DNA of 64,000 nucleotides, taken from the NCBI GenBank assembly GCA_031268795.1, contig JAIRWT010000008.1:2487-66486 (forward strand). Direction: 5' to 3'. A model generated the notes under the pieces. The model had not been told where the DNA came from. It did no database searches and saw only the letters and a list, made by a program, of their open reading frames with translations. The stretch comes from Puniceicoccales bacterium (GTDB lineage Bacteria > Verrucomicrobiota > Verrucomicrobiia > Opitutales > JAIRLM01). The translations under genes and the position numbers were made by a program. This document shows, piece by piece, positions 17,388 through 27,611 of this stretch (position 1 is the first letter of the stretch; each line of letters starts with the position of its first letter).

Positions 17388-18512
17388 GTGGGACATCGGG
17401 ATGCTTTTTCCATTCGGGATGATAATCGGAAAATTATTCATGTGGATATGGATGCGTTTTTCGCCGCCATCGAACAGCGGGATCACCCAGAACTACAGGG
17501 AAAACCGGTTATTGTTGGCGGCGATCCATGGGATCGTGGCGTTATTTCCACTTGTTCCTATGAGGCCCGCACATTTGGAATTCGCGCCGGCATGGCGACA
17601 CATCGAGCGCTTCAGCTTTGCCCGCAGGCCACCCTTCTTCCCGTGCGTATGGTCCGCTATCGCGCAATATCGGATGAAATTTTCGACATTTTTCGACAGG
17701 TTACACCACTCGTTGAAGGCATGTCCATTGATGAAGCCTATTTGGATGTGACCGCTAATGTGAAAGATACTCCATCGGCGACCGATCTGGCTCGTTGCAT
17801 TAGGGAAAAAATTTTTTCCCAAACTGGGCTGGCGGCTTCTGCCGGTGTGTCATTTAACATGTTTCTTTCAAAAATAGCATCCGAATTAAGCAAGCCAAAC
17901 GGATTGGTAGTCATTACCCCCGATTGCGCCGCTAATTTCCTAGAAACACTCCCCGTGCACCGGTTCCATGGTATCGGGCGAGTGACCGCCACTCGGTTAC
18001 ATTCAATGAATGTGCGCATCGGGCGAGATCTGAAAAACCTGCCAATGGAAACATTACTAGAACTTTTTGGGAAAGTTGGCAGCTATTATTATGAAGTTGT
18101 ACGCGGCATTGATCGTCGGCGTGTTACACCCGTGCGTGTTCCAAAATCATTCGGACGGGAAAAGACATTTTCCGCAGATACGGCTGATTTTGATTTTTTG
18201 CGCGAACAAATCTGGCATCTTGGCCTGGAGGTGGGTGATGCACTCCGGCGACTATGCCAGCGGGCATGGGCCATAACTCTCAAGATAAAATACGCTGATT
18301 TTCATCAAATTACCCGATGCCGGCAACTTCCTCTGGCAACGACCGATGCGCCGACGATTGCAAATAGGGCAATCCTATTATTCAACGAATATGCGGAAAT
18401 GTGTCATAAAAAAATTCGTCTTGTTGGGGTTTCCGCCACCCTAAAAGGGCGCGAAAGACAACCATCTGACCAGAAGGAATTTAAGTTTGTTGAGGCAATG
18501 GGTCTCCAGTGA
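17388..18512 (+). CDS. dinB: DNA polymerase IV (Y-family)
   Basis: KIIHVDMDAFFAAIEQRD, SIDEAYLDVT, AGVSFNMFLSKIAS. GTG start. Confidence 0.9.
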   Translation: MGHRDAFSIRDDNRKIIHVDMDAFFAAIEQRDHPELQGKPVIVGGDPWDRGVISTCSYEARTFGIRAGMATHRALQLCPQATLLPVRMVRYRAISDEIFDIFRQVTPLVEGMSIDEAYLDVTANVKDTPSATDLARCIREKIFSQTGLAASAGVSFNMFLSKIASELSKPNGLVVITPDCAANFLETLPVHRFHGIGRVTATRLHSMNVRIGRDLKNLPMETLLELFGKVGSYYYEVVRGIDRRRVTPVRVPKSFGREKTFSADTADFDFLREQIWHLGLEVGDALRRLCQRAWAITLKIKYADFHQITRCRQLPLATTDAPTIANRAILLFNEYAEMCHKKIRLVGVSATLKGRERQPSDQKEFKFVEAMGLQ

Positions 18513-18711
18513 ATATTGATTTGGCGCTAGGCTTATCCGTTAATACGAACTGCCTGTTCCAGGCCTTCGAATTTTTACTTTTGCGACGAGCCCGCAGATT
18601 GCCTAGGTACATTAATGATCACATTCGCATCGGGGCAGTGCATGGATGCCATGGATTAATCCAGCGGAAAACCATTCGACTTTTTTCATCAATTCTTTCC
18701 ATGTTATCCGC

Positions 18712-19692
18712 ATGGCAAAGATGAAATGTGTGGTATTGATCGCCATCGGTGTGTCAATGTTCCAGGGAGCGCCACTGCCGGCAATGCAAGCTTCTAAAGC
18801 GATACAAAATTACGAAGAACAGCCCGTGGATATTTCAGTACAACCACATGAATTATTACTGAATGCCCGACGAATGCTTGAAAATGGAAAGCCGGGAAAA
18901 TCAATTGGAGTTTGTAAACTTATTGCTCGCAAATTTCCACAGTCAAATGAAGCTCCGTTGGCACTGGAAATGTGTGGAAAATCCTATATGCGGCAGCACC
19001 AGTTTCAATTGGCATTTAAGGCGCTGCAGGGGCTTTTGGAAAAACATCCCAACTGTTCCAATTTTGAAAGTGCAATTGTGCTTGAATTTGAACTTGCCAA
19101 ACGACTTGCCGCTGGTGAGCGCAATTATTTCTGGGGCAAAATTCCAGGATTGAGGGATCGCGAATTTGCCATTCGCGTTTTCCAGCACATCGCTGACAAT
19201 GCTCCTTATAGTCCGCAGGCAACGCAAGCATTGTTGCAAATTGCCGATTTGGGCGTGAAAACAAAGGAACCGGCTGTGGCCGTCGGCGCATTAGAGCGTC
19301 TCATCGATGAATATTCCGACACCGGAGACGCCCAGCGTGCCTACTTGTTATTAGCGCAGATATATAGTAAAATATCCAAAGGACCTGCCTATGATCAGCG
19401 AGCGGTGGAGAATGCAATAAACTGTTTCCGTGAATTTTTGTTACTTTACGGTGATTCGCCATTCGTTGAGGAGGCGGAGCAAGAATTAGTCGAAATGAAA
19501 AATTTATTAGCCGCAAGTAAGTTGAACATTGGTGATTTTTACCTTCAGGACCGCAGAAGTCCAAATGCCGCCGCCATTTATTACAAAGACATCCTTGTGT
19601 CGGCACCAAATTCGCCGGCGGCACTGTGTGCGCAAACGCGTCTGGGTGCAATTCGCGAAATGGACTCCAATGAACACGGTCCGGCCACGTGA
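18712..19692 (+). CDS. bamD: BamD-like TPR outer-membrane assembly factor
   Basis: Signal-like N-terminus MAKMKCVVLIAIGVSMF. Repeated ..P.S..A..A.. TPR-like pattern and C-terminal LAASKLNIGDFYL, as in BamD/YfiO. Confidence 0.6.
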   Translation: MAKMKCVVLIAIGVSMFQGAPLPAMQASKAIQNYEEQPVDISVQPHELLLNARRMLENGKPGKSIGVCKLIARKFPQSNEAPLALEMCGKSYMRQHQFQLAFKALQGLLEKHPNCSNFESAIVLEFELAKRLAAGERNYFWGKIPGLRDREFAIRVFQHIADNAPYSPQATQALLQIADLGVKTKEPAVAVGALERLIDEYSDTGDAQRAYLLLAQIYSKISKGPAYDQRAVENAINCFREFLLLYGDSPFVEEAEQELVEMKNLLAASKLNIGDFYLQDRRSPNAAAIYYKDILVSAPNSPAALCAQTRLGAIREMDSNEHGPAT

Positions 19693-19775
19693 ATCGAAAG
19701 TTGGGCTATGGCGCACATTACATGAGCACATGCTGTCTTGCCAAATTTGAAAGTCTTGCATTATGACTTTTTTGT

Positions 19776-20021
19776 ATGGGCATTTTTAGTGGATTTTGGC
19801 GGCTTACGGGGCGGCTCATACTATTTCTTTACTCGCCGCTATCGGCGATAAAATTATTTTTCTTTGGCCCAATGTGTCGGTGCCGCTTCCATCCGACATG
19901 TTCCCAGTACGCGCGGGAGTGCATTGGTAAATACGGCGTATGGCATAGTTTTTCGCTTGTTTTACGTCGTCTCTGCCGGTGCCATCCGTGGAATCGTGGC
20001 GGCTATGATCCAGTCCCATAG
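19776..20021 (+). CDS. yidD: Membrane protein insertion efficiency factor YidD
   Basis: [19 protein letters not shown]...[13 protein letters not shown]. Lies immediately upstream of yidC. Confidence 0.85.
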   Translation: MGIFSGFWRLTGRLILFLYSPLSAIKLFFFGPMCRCRFHPTCSQYARECIGKYGVWHSFSLVLRRLCRCHPWNRGGYDPVP

Positions 20022-20030
20022 GCTTAATTT

Positions 20031-21764
20031 ATGGAAAAAAAACATCTATTTCTAGGTTTGACTGCCATTGCTTTGGCATTTTGGATGATTATCGGAGAAA
20101 ATCGGCGGGTTATTTCCCTGACAAGCGCGGCGGAAGTTGCTCCACCACCGAACTTCGCGCAAGTTGGCGAAGTGCCCAAAATAAAGGCATCGGTCGTACC
20201 GGATGCTTTTCCCGTATCCGCTGGGAAACGGCTTGATTGCCCTGGATTAGTTTTGGAAAATTCCTATATCCGCGGGGAAATTTCACCCGTTGGCGGTGGC
20301 ATACGGTACATTGCGCTTAAGAAATATCCGGCGGCCTTGCATTCGGAAAAGCCATGGATCTTTGACGATTATGATGATACGCAGGATGCCTTATCCCTGT
20401 GGCTTATTTCTGCGGATGGTTCGCTGGACTTGCGAGACATCTGCTATGACGTTGTCCAATCAAATGAGGATTTACTCCTGCTCCGTGGATCGCTCCCGGG
20501 CGGCGGGACCATTGAACGGGAATATCGGCTTGCTAAAATGGAAAATGGAGATGACTCCTATTGCATTCAGCACTGCGTGCGCTTCGGTGGAAAAGCGAAT
20601 GCTTCATATAAAAAACAATCTCTAAATATTTCCCTGGGCAGTCTCCCTCCAACGGAGGGGGATATTCATAGCGAGTATCTTAACTTCGTCCACTACGATG
20701 GCAAAAAGGCACGATTCATTTCCCTACGAAAATTTAATGAAAGTCGTGGATTTTTTGGCTTTGGTCGTCGTCCGTGCCAAGAAAACATCGGCGAAAGTGG
20801 TCATATTGTCTGGGGTGCGGTAAAAAATCAATTTTTTGCTGCTATTCTAACACCCGGGCAGCCGGCGATGGCATTTTGCGCGGCCCCCATGGCACTCCGC
20901 GGTGCAAATTCATCGGCGGTTGAAACCGGTATCGGTGGGACATTAGTCATTCCGCTCTCGGAATCCGAATCCGGCGCGGCCGTTAACATGGATTATTACG
21001 TTGGGCCAAAGGAATACACACGCCTGGATCGCCTTGGTCGGCGGCAGGATCTGGTGATGCAATTTGGCTGGTTCGGGTTCATTAGTAAACTCTTATTACT
21101 CAGCATGAAAAGCATTCACTGGCTCCTACCCAATTGGGGGCTCACGATTATTCTACTAACTTTGTTGGTGAAGTTAATCCTATGGCCGCTGACAAATGCA
21201 CAAATACGTTCTACGCGGGAAATGTCCAAGATCCAACCACAACTGGAGAGTATTCGTGCAAAATACAAGAACAACCCTCAGCGGGTGCAACAGGAAACGT
21301 TGCAGATTTTCCGAGAACATCAAATCAATCCGGCGGCAGGGTGTCTGCCAGTCTTTTTTCAAATTCCGATTATCATTGGTCTCTATTTTATGCTGCGCAC
21401 CGCGTCGGAATTGCGTTTCGCGAGTTTTCTTTGGATTAGGGATTTGTCAGTAATGGACACGGTTGGGCATTTTGGAAGATTTCCGATTAATCCAATGCCC
21501 GTGCTTATGTCCATAGCGGCATTTTTTCAAATGCGCATGACGCCAATGACCACGCAAAACGCTATGCAAAAACGCATATTTCAATTCATGCCATTTATCT
21601 TTTTTTTCTTTTGCTACCGCCTGCCATCGGGGTTAGTGCTTTATTGGACGGTGCAAAATCTTTTGAGCATTTCGCAGCAGTGCATCATTAATAGAGGGAT
21701 GGGGGCTGCAACCAAGCGAAAAACCTTGGCAAGCGGCCCAAAACGTTCACGCACAGTACATTAG
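20031..21764 (+). CDS. yidC: Membrane protein insertase YidC
   Basis: 577 aa. N-terminal TM, large periplasmic domain, and conserved core LWPLTNAQIRSTREMSKIQPQLESIRAKYKNNPQRVQQETLQIFREHQINP..GCLP. Confidence 0.9.
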   Translation: MEKKHLFLGLTAIALAFWMIIGENRRVISLTSAAEVAPPPNFAQVGEVPKIKASVVPDAFPVSAGKRLDCPGLVLENSYIRGEISPVGGGIRYIALKKYPAALHSEKPWIFDDYDDTQDALSLWLISADGSLDLRDICYDVVQSNEDLLLLRGSLPGGGTIEREYRLAKMENGDDSYCIQHCVRFGGKANASYKKQSLNISLGSLPPTEGDIHSEYLNFVHYDGKKARFISLRKFNESRGFFGFGRRPCQENIGESGHIVWGAVKNQFFAAILTPGQPAMAFCAAPMALRGANSSAVETGIGGTLVIPLSESESGAAVNMDYYVGPKEYTRLDRLGRRQDLVMQFGWFGFISKLLLLSMKSIHWLLPNWGLTIILLTLLVKLILWPLTNAQIRSTREMSKIQPQLESIRAKYKNNPQRVQQETLQIFREHQINPAAGCLPVFFQIPIIIGLYFMLRTASELRFASFLWIRDLSVMDTVGHFGRFPINPMPVLMSIAAFFQMRMTPMTTQNAMQKRIFQFMPFIFFFFCYRLPSGLVLYWTVQNLLSISQQCIINRGMGAATKRKTLASGPKRSRTVH

Positions 21765-21792
21765 ACGGCAGTAAATTTTTGCAGGGGGATCC

Positions 21793-22683
21793 ATGAATTC
21801 CGTCACCGTTCTTATATTGGCTGCCGGAATTGGTCGCCGCTTTGGAGGGCTGAAGCAGTTGACGACATTTGGTCCAGGGAAGCACACGATATTGGAATAC
21901 TCCCTTTTTGACGCATATCGATTAGGATTCAGGCGTGTTGTTTGTGTCATAAGGAAGATTCATCAAAAATTTTTCGATGAATTATTAGCACCGCTCCATG
22001 GATACATGGACATCGAATTTGTGTACCAGGAGTTGAAAGACATCCCAATTAAAATTTCAGATTTTCGTCGAACAAAGCCTTGGGGGACCGCCCATGCGGT
22101 TTACTCCGCCAGAAATCATTTGCATTCGCCTTTTGTAACCATAAATGCCGACGATTTTTATGGTCGGCCGGCATGGGAACAAATGGCGGATTTTATCCGC
22201 AGAAAATTTTCGAGTAACGCACTACTTGCCTTCCGCTTGGACCACACACTGCCCTCGAGTGGAGCCGTTGCTCGCGGCATTTGCCGCGTGAATGAAAATC
22301 GTCTTGTGAAAATCGAAGAATTTTCATGCATCATACGTTCCAACGGGGTTATTCATAGCCTAGAGCAGGATAGATGTTTTGCCGGTGATGAACCGACATC
22401 ACTTAATTTTTGGTATTTCCAGCGGGAAGTTTTACACAAAATGGATTTTAAGCGTTTTTTTTCGGAAGAAATGAGTTTAACGGAAGCGGAGTGGATGCTC
22501 CCCGTTGCCATTCAAAGCCTTTTGGATGAAGGGAAAATCGATATTACCGTCGTAAATACCCACTCCAATTGGGCGGGGATTACTCATGCCATTGATGTTA
22601 AAGACGTTATCAGCTATATTGAAAATGTCACACGGTCCGGCATTTATCCGGAAGCTATTTGGAGGGGTAAATTTTCCATTTGA
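21793..22683 (+). CDS. Sugar-phosphate nucleotidyltransferase family protein
   Basis: N-terminal LILAAGIGRRFGGLKQL (GxGxR nucleotide-binding loop), KPWGTAHA, INADDFYG. Confidence 0.65.
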   Translation: MNSVTVLILAAGIGRRFGGLKQLTTFGPGKHTILEYSLFDAYRLGFRRVVCVIRKIHQKFFDELLAPLHGYMDIEFVYQELKDIPIKISDFRRTKPWGTAHAVYSARNHLHSPFVTINADDFYGRPAWEQMADFIRRKFSSNALLAFRLDHTLPSSGAVARGICRVNENRLVKIEEFSCIIRSNGVIHSLEQDRCFAGDEPTSLNFWYFQREVLHKMDFKRFFSEEMSLTEAEWMLPVAIQSLLDEGKIDITVVNTHSNWAGITHAIDVKDVISYIENVTRSGIYPEAIWRGKFSI

Positions 22684-22718
22684 ATTGCATTATATCTCAT
22701 CCGTTGTCATAATCTGAC

Positions 22719-25700
22719 ATGGATTTGCGACGGGTCTTCTTGGGATGTCTATGCATTGGAGTATCAAGTATCTCCGCCCTGGCCAGGGATGGGATTTGGG
22801 AAATCAGAGATACATTCGAGAGTGCGAATCCATTTACCGTGCAACGAAATACCGATCCACAGGAAGATGGAATACGCTCGGTGATAATCGATGGCGGTGA
22901 TGGTGGAGGTGCAGTATTTAATGTCTCCGCGGATGCGGAGAGTCCGGCCCTTACATTGGAGAATGGGGTTACCATCGATCTCCACACGGGTGGTCAGTTT
23001 GTCGTTGGAAATACCGTGGGCGGCGCCATTGTGGCACCTTCCACATCAGGCTATAACAACACGATAAATTTACAAAATGGCAACTTCGATATTTCCGCCG
23101 CAGGCACGGCTATCGCTGGCGCTGGAAACCTGCAACTCAATATTGGGACCGGAGGCTCCATTGCTGGGGCTACTGCCATTAGAGATTTACACACCTTTAG
23201 CATTGCCAATGATGCCTCATCGCAACTGAAAGTAACCGGATTGCTCGACCTATCCAGTGCGGCGCAAGCTGGCAGCGGTGGTGTGGCATTTTCCAACGGC
23301 GCTGTCATTCGACTCATTCCACTGGAAACCGAACAAAGCACTGGGACTTTTGGTGAAGGATATATTGATAATGGCAACACTTATATAAAGCTTGGCGATG
23401 GGACAAATGTTGATTATGGAGATTTGCTCAGCATTGCCTTGGATGTTAAAAATTTTTACCCAAATGAATCCGTTCCGGGCATTGCGCAGAGGATCAAACT
23501 CGTGGAGTGGGATAACATTGCCGCATTACAAAATGTGCTTCAATTAACCGTCGAAAATGATGGATCGATCTTCCCGGGATGGCGCTTAAACTATGAAAAC
23601 GATTTGAATACGGTTTATGCGAGATTTTCCCCGGGCCTTATTACCCTCATTGGCGCATCATCAGTCGTCGGGGAGTATTATGGTCAAGCTGACGAGGCAA
23701 CAAATAGATATGTATTTATTCAACCAGGCTCCAGCTTGACCATATCGGCAACGGGCGCCATCGAGTCCGCGGGGGAACTGCCAATTTCCATCGATACTAG
23801 TATTGATTGGGAATCGAGTGATATAAGCATTATTATAAATCAGGCGGATCGGGCGGCAATTGACAACACGAGCGGCGTTGCCATCGGACAGGGTACGGAA
23901 AATGGAAGCTCGCCGTTTCCGGATTCTGGGAATAATTTCTTCTCGCCAAATGTGCACATCACCGGGACTGGAACCATTCGTGGAAGTACGGGGTCTTTTA
24001 GGATGTGTGCAACGGAAGTTACGCCGAATGTCGACTTTACCGATGCGAGAATGGTTAATATTGGCGGCCTTACCATTGGAAATGGCGCCGATTTTGTTCA
24101 CATGGATGGCGCCGTTGAAATGCGTCTTTTCGATAAAGATTTTGGCACAGGTAATGTTCAATTGGATGGTGGTATCTATATTATTAATCCATTCGCTTTA
24201 GCGAATGGCTCAAGCATCAGTGGGCACGTGCTTCTCGACGCATCGGTGAAAACTGGTGGAATATTTTCAGGGCTTGACTCATGTATGTTAGTAAGCGAAC
24301 TTTCTGCTAACGGACTTATTGAAGGAAAAGCGAGTGACACGTATGGCATTTGTGTTGCGCTTAACCCATGGGTGGATGATGGCCAAATTATACCTCAGGC
24401 GGGTGCAATTTATGTTGGCGGGAGCATCGCAGCCAATGGCGAATGCCTAGGAAATTATGTTGGCTTATTGATCGATGCGCCGTCGAGTCGGGCATCTATT
24501 TCAGATGTAATAATTTCTGGAAATATTGACGCAACGGCCGGGAATGAATCCGCCGATTGTGTACGCATTGGCGCCGTTGTCCATGGATCCAGCGTGGCGG
24601 CCGGCAGTGGTTTTGCTGTTGCCGGAACAGTTTGCGGGAAAAACGCCGCTTTAATTTTTGATGGTTCGGCGGCTAGCATATTTAATGTGCCAATTCTCAT
24701 TGATAATGCCACATTGCAAACGGCCGGAGTGGCCATTGGTGGGCGAAATGCCAATCTCCATTTTGCAAGCAGCAGCACGCTAAATTCGGCATCAATGGCG
24801 CAATTTGCCATCGCGCCCTGTGCGCCGGTTTACGCTTACAATAACGGAGCAACGGATGTAACAACACTGGAAACCTTTAGCTATGAAATTGATCCAAGCG
24901 GAAAATTTTCCTCCGTGAATGCGGATAACCTCGCATTACTGCGAAATAGCCATTTGACCTTCCAGCTTGACAATGAAGCATCCTTCCTTGCGCCGGGGAT
25001 GAACATTGCCGTTACGGAACTAGCGATTGGCGGATCGAACAACGTTACTTGCCAAACGCTATTTTTGGGTGGACGGGCGGAATTTGGTGGCGGCAGCAAT
25101 TTGCATGTTTCGGATGGGATCATTTTTTGTCCAGGCGCATCTCTCGATGCCACTCGCGCCGCGAGCAAGTTTTCCATCGACCAGGCGGACGTCGCGTTGG
25201 GGACAGTCCCTATGGAGGGCACCTTTACCGGCGTACCAAACATTGATGCGTCCTTTGCCGCCGTTGGCGATGATGACAATCCTTACGGTGCACGCATTGA
25301 TATTTCAACGGCAAGTGTGGCAGCAATTTTGCCAGACGGCATCAGGGGCAATTTGCCAAATAGTGGTGGATTTGATACCAATACGGCGGATCGATACGTT
25401 ACTGTCGCGTTGGGAGGTGCGGGTGGTTCCATTGGCGTAGAAGGGATGGAAGCGAGCGGTATTTCCAATGTTGGGAAATTGCTGATAAATGGAGACAGTA
25501 ATGATAGCATTTGGACCATTCACGGTAACACTTCCTGCGGGACCCTGCGCATCGAAAAGGGAAAAATGGTGCAAAGGGGAAATTTATCCGTTCGCGGCGA
25601 TTTGCTTTTGCTCGGATGTGATATCGATTGGAGCGGCGATGCATCTTTTAATCACGTTTATGCCGGAGAGGATAAAATTACCGTTCACACTGGATCCAAT

Positions 25701-27611
25701 GTCAAAATTTCCAATGGCTTTTCAGCCGACGCCATAGGAACCGAGTTTATACCGTTTGACAGCGATATTCAACTCAAGATGGAGGCCATTTTACTCGGCG
25801 GTAATTCGCAATTCATCCTTGAGCCGGGCGCAAGCCTTAACCTCGGGATTGCTGGGTGTGACGTCGATAAATATGGTACGGATGCTGAGCCCGTGGCCAT
25901 TCGCGTGGTTGGCAGCAGTCTAAAATTGGGCGAAACTTCGCGCCAACAGCCGGATGATGGGCAAGCCATTGGCAATGGCAACGTCATTGATCTCCAAGGA
26001 TCACCAGCCATTACTTATTATCGCAATGGCCAAAATTTTGCAACCATAACCGATCCTTTGGCGAACAGTGACATGGCCGCGATCGGGCCAGGTTTGGCCC
26101 CTGGCGAGCACATTTATCCGGAAAAGAATGTGACCGCCATCCGCGGAAACGCAACCACACATCTTTTTCTTAATGGAGGAGTTGGAGCTTTGCGCGAAGG
26201 CTTACATGGAGCCATTTCCAATGTCGGCCATGTGCACGTCAATGGCGATTGGCATGTGCCGGAAGGGCTGCACGAGTGCGGACATTTAACTCTTATGGGG
26301 AAGTTAAATTGCGAAAATGCAAATGTGGACGCATGGCGCATTACGTTCGCATTTTGCGACGAAAGGTTGCCTAGTTGTCTCCTCTATTGCAATAAAATAA
26401 ACACGACCTACGGCAATGATGACATTCCAGTGTGCTTTGATTTCGAATTTCCAAGTCGTGTTTTGGAAGGTTCCGATGCCTTTGAGGTAGAGCTTGTCCG
26501 AGAGCTTACAAGTCAACCGAACTGGGTGTGCGCAACAAAAGTCGATGGAAAGGAGCCTGAAATTCGTTATGTCGATGGGATAATTACGGTGGGCATTCCC
26601 TCGAGAATGGGAAGCTCGGAACCGCGAAAGGTTGAATTTTCACTCCCCGAAGGAATTGTTGCACAGCGATTACAATATCTTTCCGCGGGAAAAATGTCCA
26701 TGCCATATTCCATACAACAGGCGCTGGTTGTTCGCCGGCAAAATGATCACTTCCGCCGGGCCATGGAATTAGCCGATGGCAATTTCTCCACGGAGGATGG
26801 ATACAAATGGCATCTGACGAGGGAAAGTTACGGTAGTTTTTCCAGTCGCAGTGAGGTGGACGCCATTATTGATCGCTCCGTCGCCCGCACGACTGGGTCT
26901 AATATCAGCCTGCGCCGAAGGTTTCCAACTAATCAGTCAGTGGTCATCGCCGCGGATTATGTCACATCGCATGCCCGCTTTCGCCGCCGGAATACGGATG
27001 AGCCCTGCCGTTGCCGGATTAAGGGGTATGGCGCCGGAGCTGGCTGGCAAATGGCCACTGGTCCATGGCGGATTTCGGGTTCGGGAATTTTATCCGGAAA
27101 TAGGTTACATTATGGCAAGTATTCGGAGCACGTGCAAAATATATCCTTTGGCGGATATAGTTATGTTCTTTCCGGCGGATTGGAGTACGCGATGCCCCGC
27201 ATGGGCGCGTGGACATTTTCCCCACTGGTGGAAGGTAATTTTAACGGCATTTTCCATGATGCCTACGCCATGGATGGCGGGAGTGTAAATATTGGGTCCT
27301 GTTGCACGGAAATTTTCCAGGCGGTTTGTGGATTTCGCGCACAATTGCGAAGAGAGCGGGCGCAAATTCTTGCGGATTTCGCACTGCGCCACGACTTCCG
27401 GCGGAACGGAGGATCTCCTGCGGCTACCACGGCCGGTGGTGGTAGGGAAGTTATGCCATCCTATTTTCCAGAGCGGAATTCTGCCGGTGGAAAACTTCAG
27501 GCAACCGTTCCCTGGCGCAAAGCATGGGAGTTTTCTTTGAATTACGACTTCACCTGCCAGAAACATTTCCTAGACCACACCGTTACACTTGGGTCCATTT
27601 ACAACTTTTAA
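22719..27611 (+). CDS. Pmp-like autotransporter (1630 aa): signal peptide, Gly/Asn/Ala-rich passenger, C-terminal beta-barrel
   Basis: Signal MDLRRVFLGCLCIGVSSISALA. Passenger carries GGAV, GGAI and F..N elements plus beta-helix-like repeats. The last ~280 aa have an alternating amphipathic pattern ending GSIYNF (terminal Phe). Confidence 0.8.
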   Translation: MDLRRVFLGCLCIGVSSISALARDGIWEIRDTFESANPFTVQRNTDPQEDGIRSVIIDGGDGGGAVFNVSADAESPALTLENGVTIDLHTGGQFVVGNTVGGAIVAPSTSGYNNTINLQNGNFDISAAGTAIAGAGNLQLNIGTGGSIAGATAIRDLHTFSIANDASSQLKVTGLLDLSSAAQAGSGGVAFSNGAVIRLIPLETEQSTGTFGEGYIDNGNTYIKLGDGTNVDYGDLLSIALDVKNFYPNESVPGIAQRIKLVEWDNIAALQNVLQLTVENDGSIFPGWRLNYENDLNTVYARFSPGLITLIGASSVVGEYYGQADEATNRYVFIQPGSSLTISATGAIESAGELPISIDTSIDWESSDISIIINQADRAAIDNTSGVAIGQGTENGSSPFPDSGNNFFSPNVHITGTGTIRGSTGSFRMCATEVTPNVDFTDARMVNIGGLTIGNGADFVHMDGAVEMRLFDKDFGTGNVQLDGGIYIINPFALANGSSISGHVLLDASVKTGGIFSGLDSCMLVSELSANGLIEGKASDTYGICVALNPWVDDGQIIPQAGAIYVGGSIAANGECLGNYVGLLIDAPSSRASISDVIISGNIDATAGNESADCVRIGAVVHGSSVAAGSGFAVAGTVCGKNAALIFDGSAASIFNVPILIDNATLQTAGVAIGGRNANLHFASSSTLNSASMAQFAIAPCAPVYAYNNGATDVTTLETFSYEIDPSGKFSSVNADNLALLRNSHLTFQLDNEASFLAPGMNIAVTELAIGGSNNVTCQTLFLGGRAEFGGGSNLHVSDGIIFCPGASLDATRAASKFSIDQADVALGTVPMEGTFTGVPNIDASFAAVGDDDNPYGARIDISTASVAAILPDGIRGNLPNSGGFDTNTADRYVTVALGGAGGSIGVEGMEASGISNVGKLLINGDSNDSIWTIHGNTSCGTLRIEKGKMVQRGNLSVRGDLLLLGCDIDWSGDASFNHVYAGEDKITVHTGSNVKISNGFSADAIGTEFIPFDSDIQLKMEAILLGGNSQFILEPGASLNLGIAGCDVDKYGTDAEPVAIRVVGSSLKLGETSRQQPDDGQAIGNGNVIDLQGSPAITYYRNGQNFATITDPLANSDMAAIGPGLAPGEHIYPEKNVTAIRGNATTHLFLNGGVGALREGLHGAISNVGHVHVNGDWHVPEGLHECGHLTLMGKLNCENANVDAWRITFAFCDERLPSCLLYCNKINTTYGNDDIPVCFDFEFPSRVLEGSDAFEVELVRELTSQPNWVCATKVDGKEPEIRYVDGIITVGIPSRMGSSEPRKVEFSLPEGIVAQRLQYLSAGKMSMPYSIQQALVVRRQNDHFRRAMELADGNFSTEDGYKWHLTRESYGSFSSRSEVDAIIDRSVARTTGSNISLRRRFPTNQSVVIAADYVTSHARFRRRNTDEPCRCRIKGYGAGAGWQMATGPWRISGSGILSGNRLHYGKYSEHVQNISFGGYSYVLSGGLEYAMPRMGAWTFSPLVEGNFNGIFHDAYAMDGGSVNIGSCCTEIFQAVCGFRAQLRRERAQILADFALRHDFRRNGGSPAATTAGGGREVMPSYFPERNSAGGKLQATVPWRKAWEFSLNYDFTCQKHFLDHTVTLGSIYNF

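Noticed and set aside
23051-25644. Many 70-170-aa ORFs on both strands inside the autotransporter gene
   Set aside because: They are compositional artefacts of the repetitive Gly/Ala/Asn-rich passenger region. The single 1630-aa frame explains the locus.
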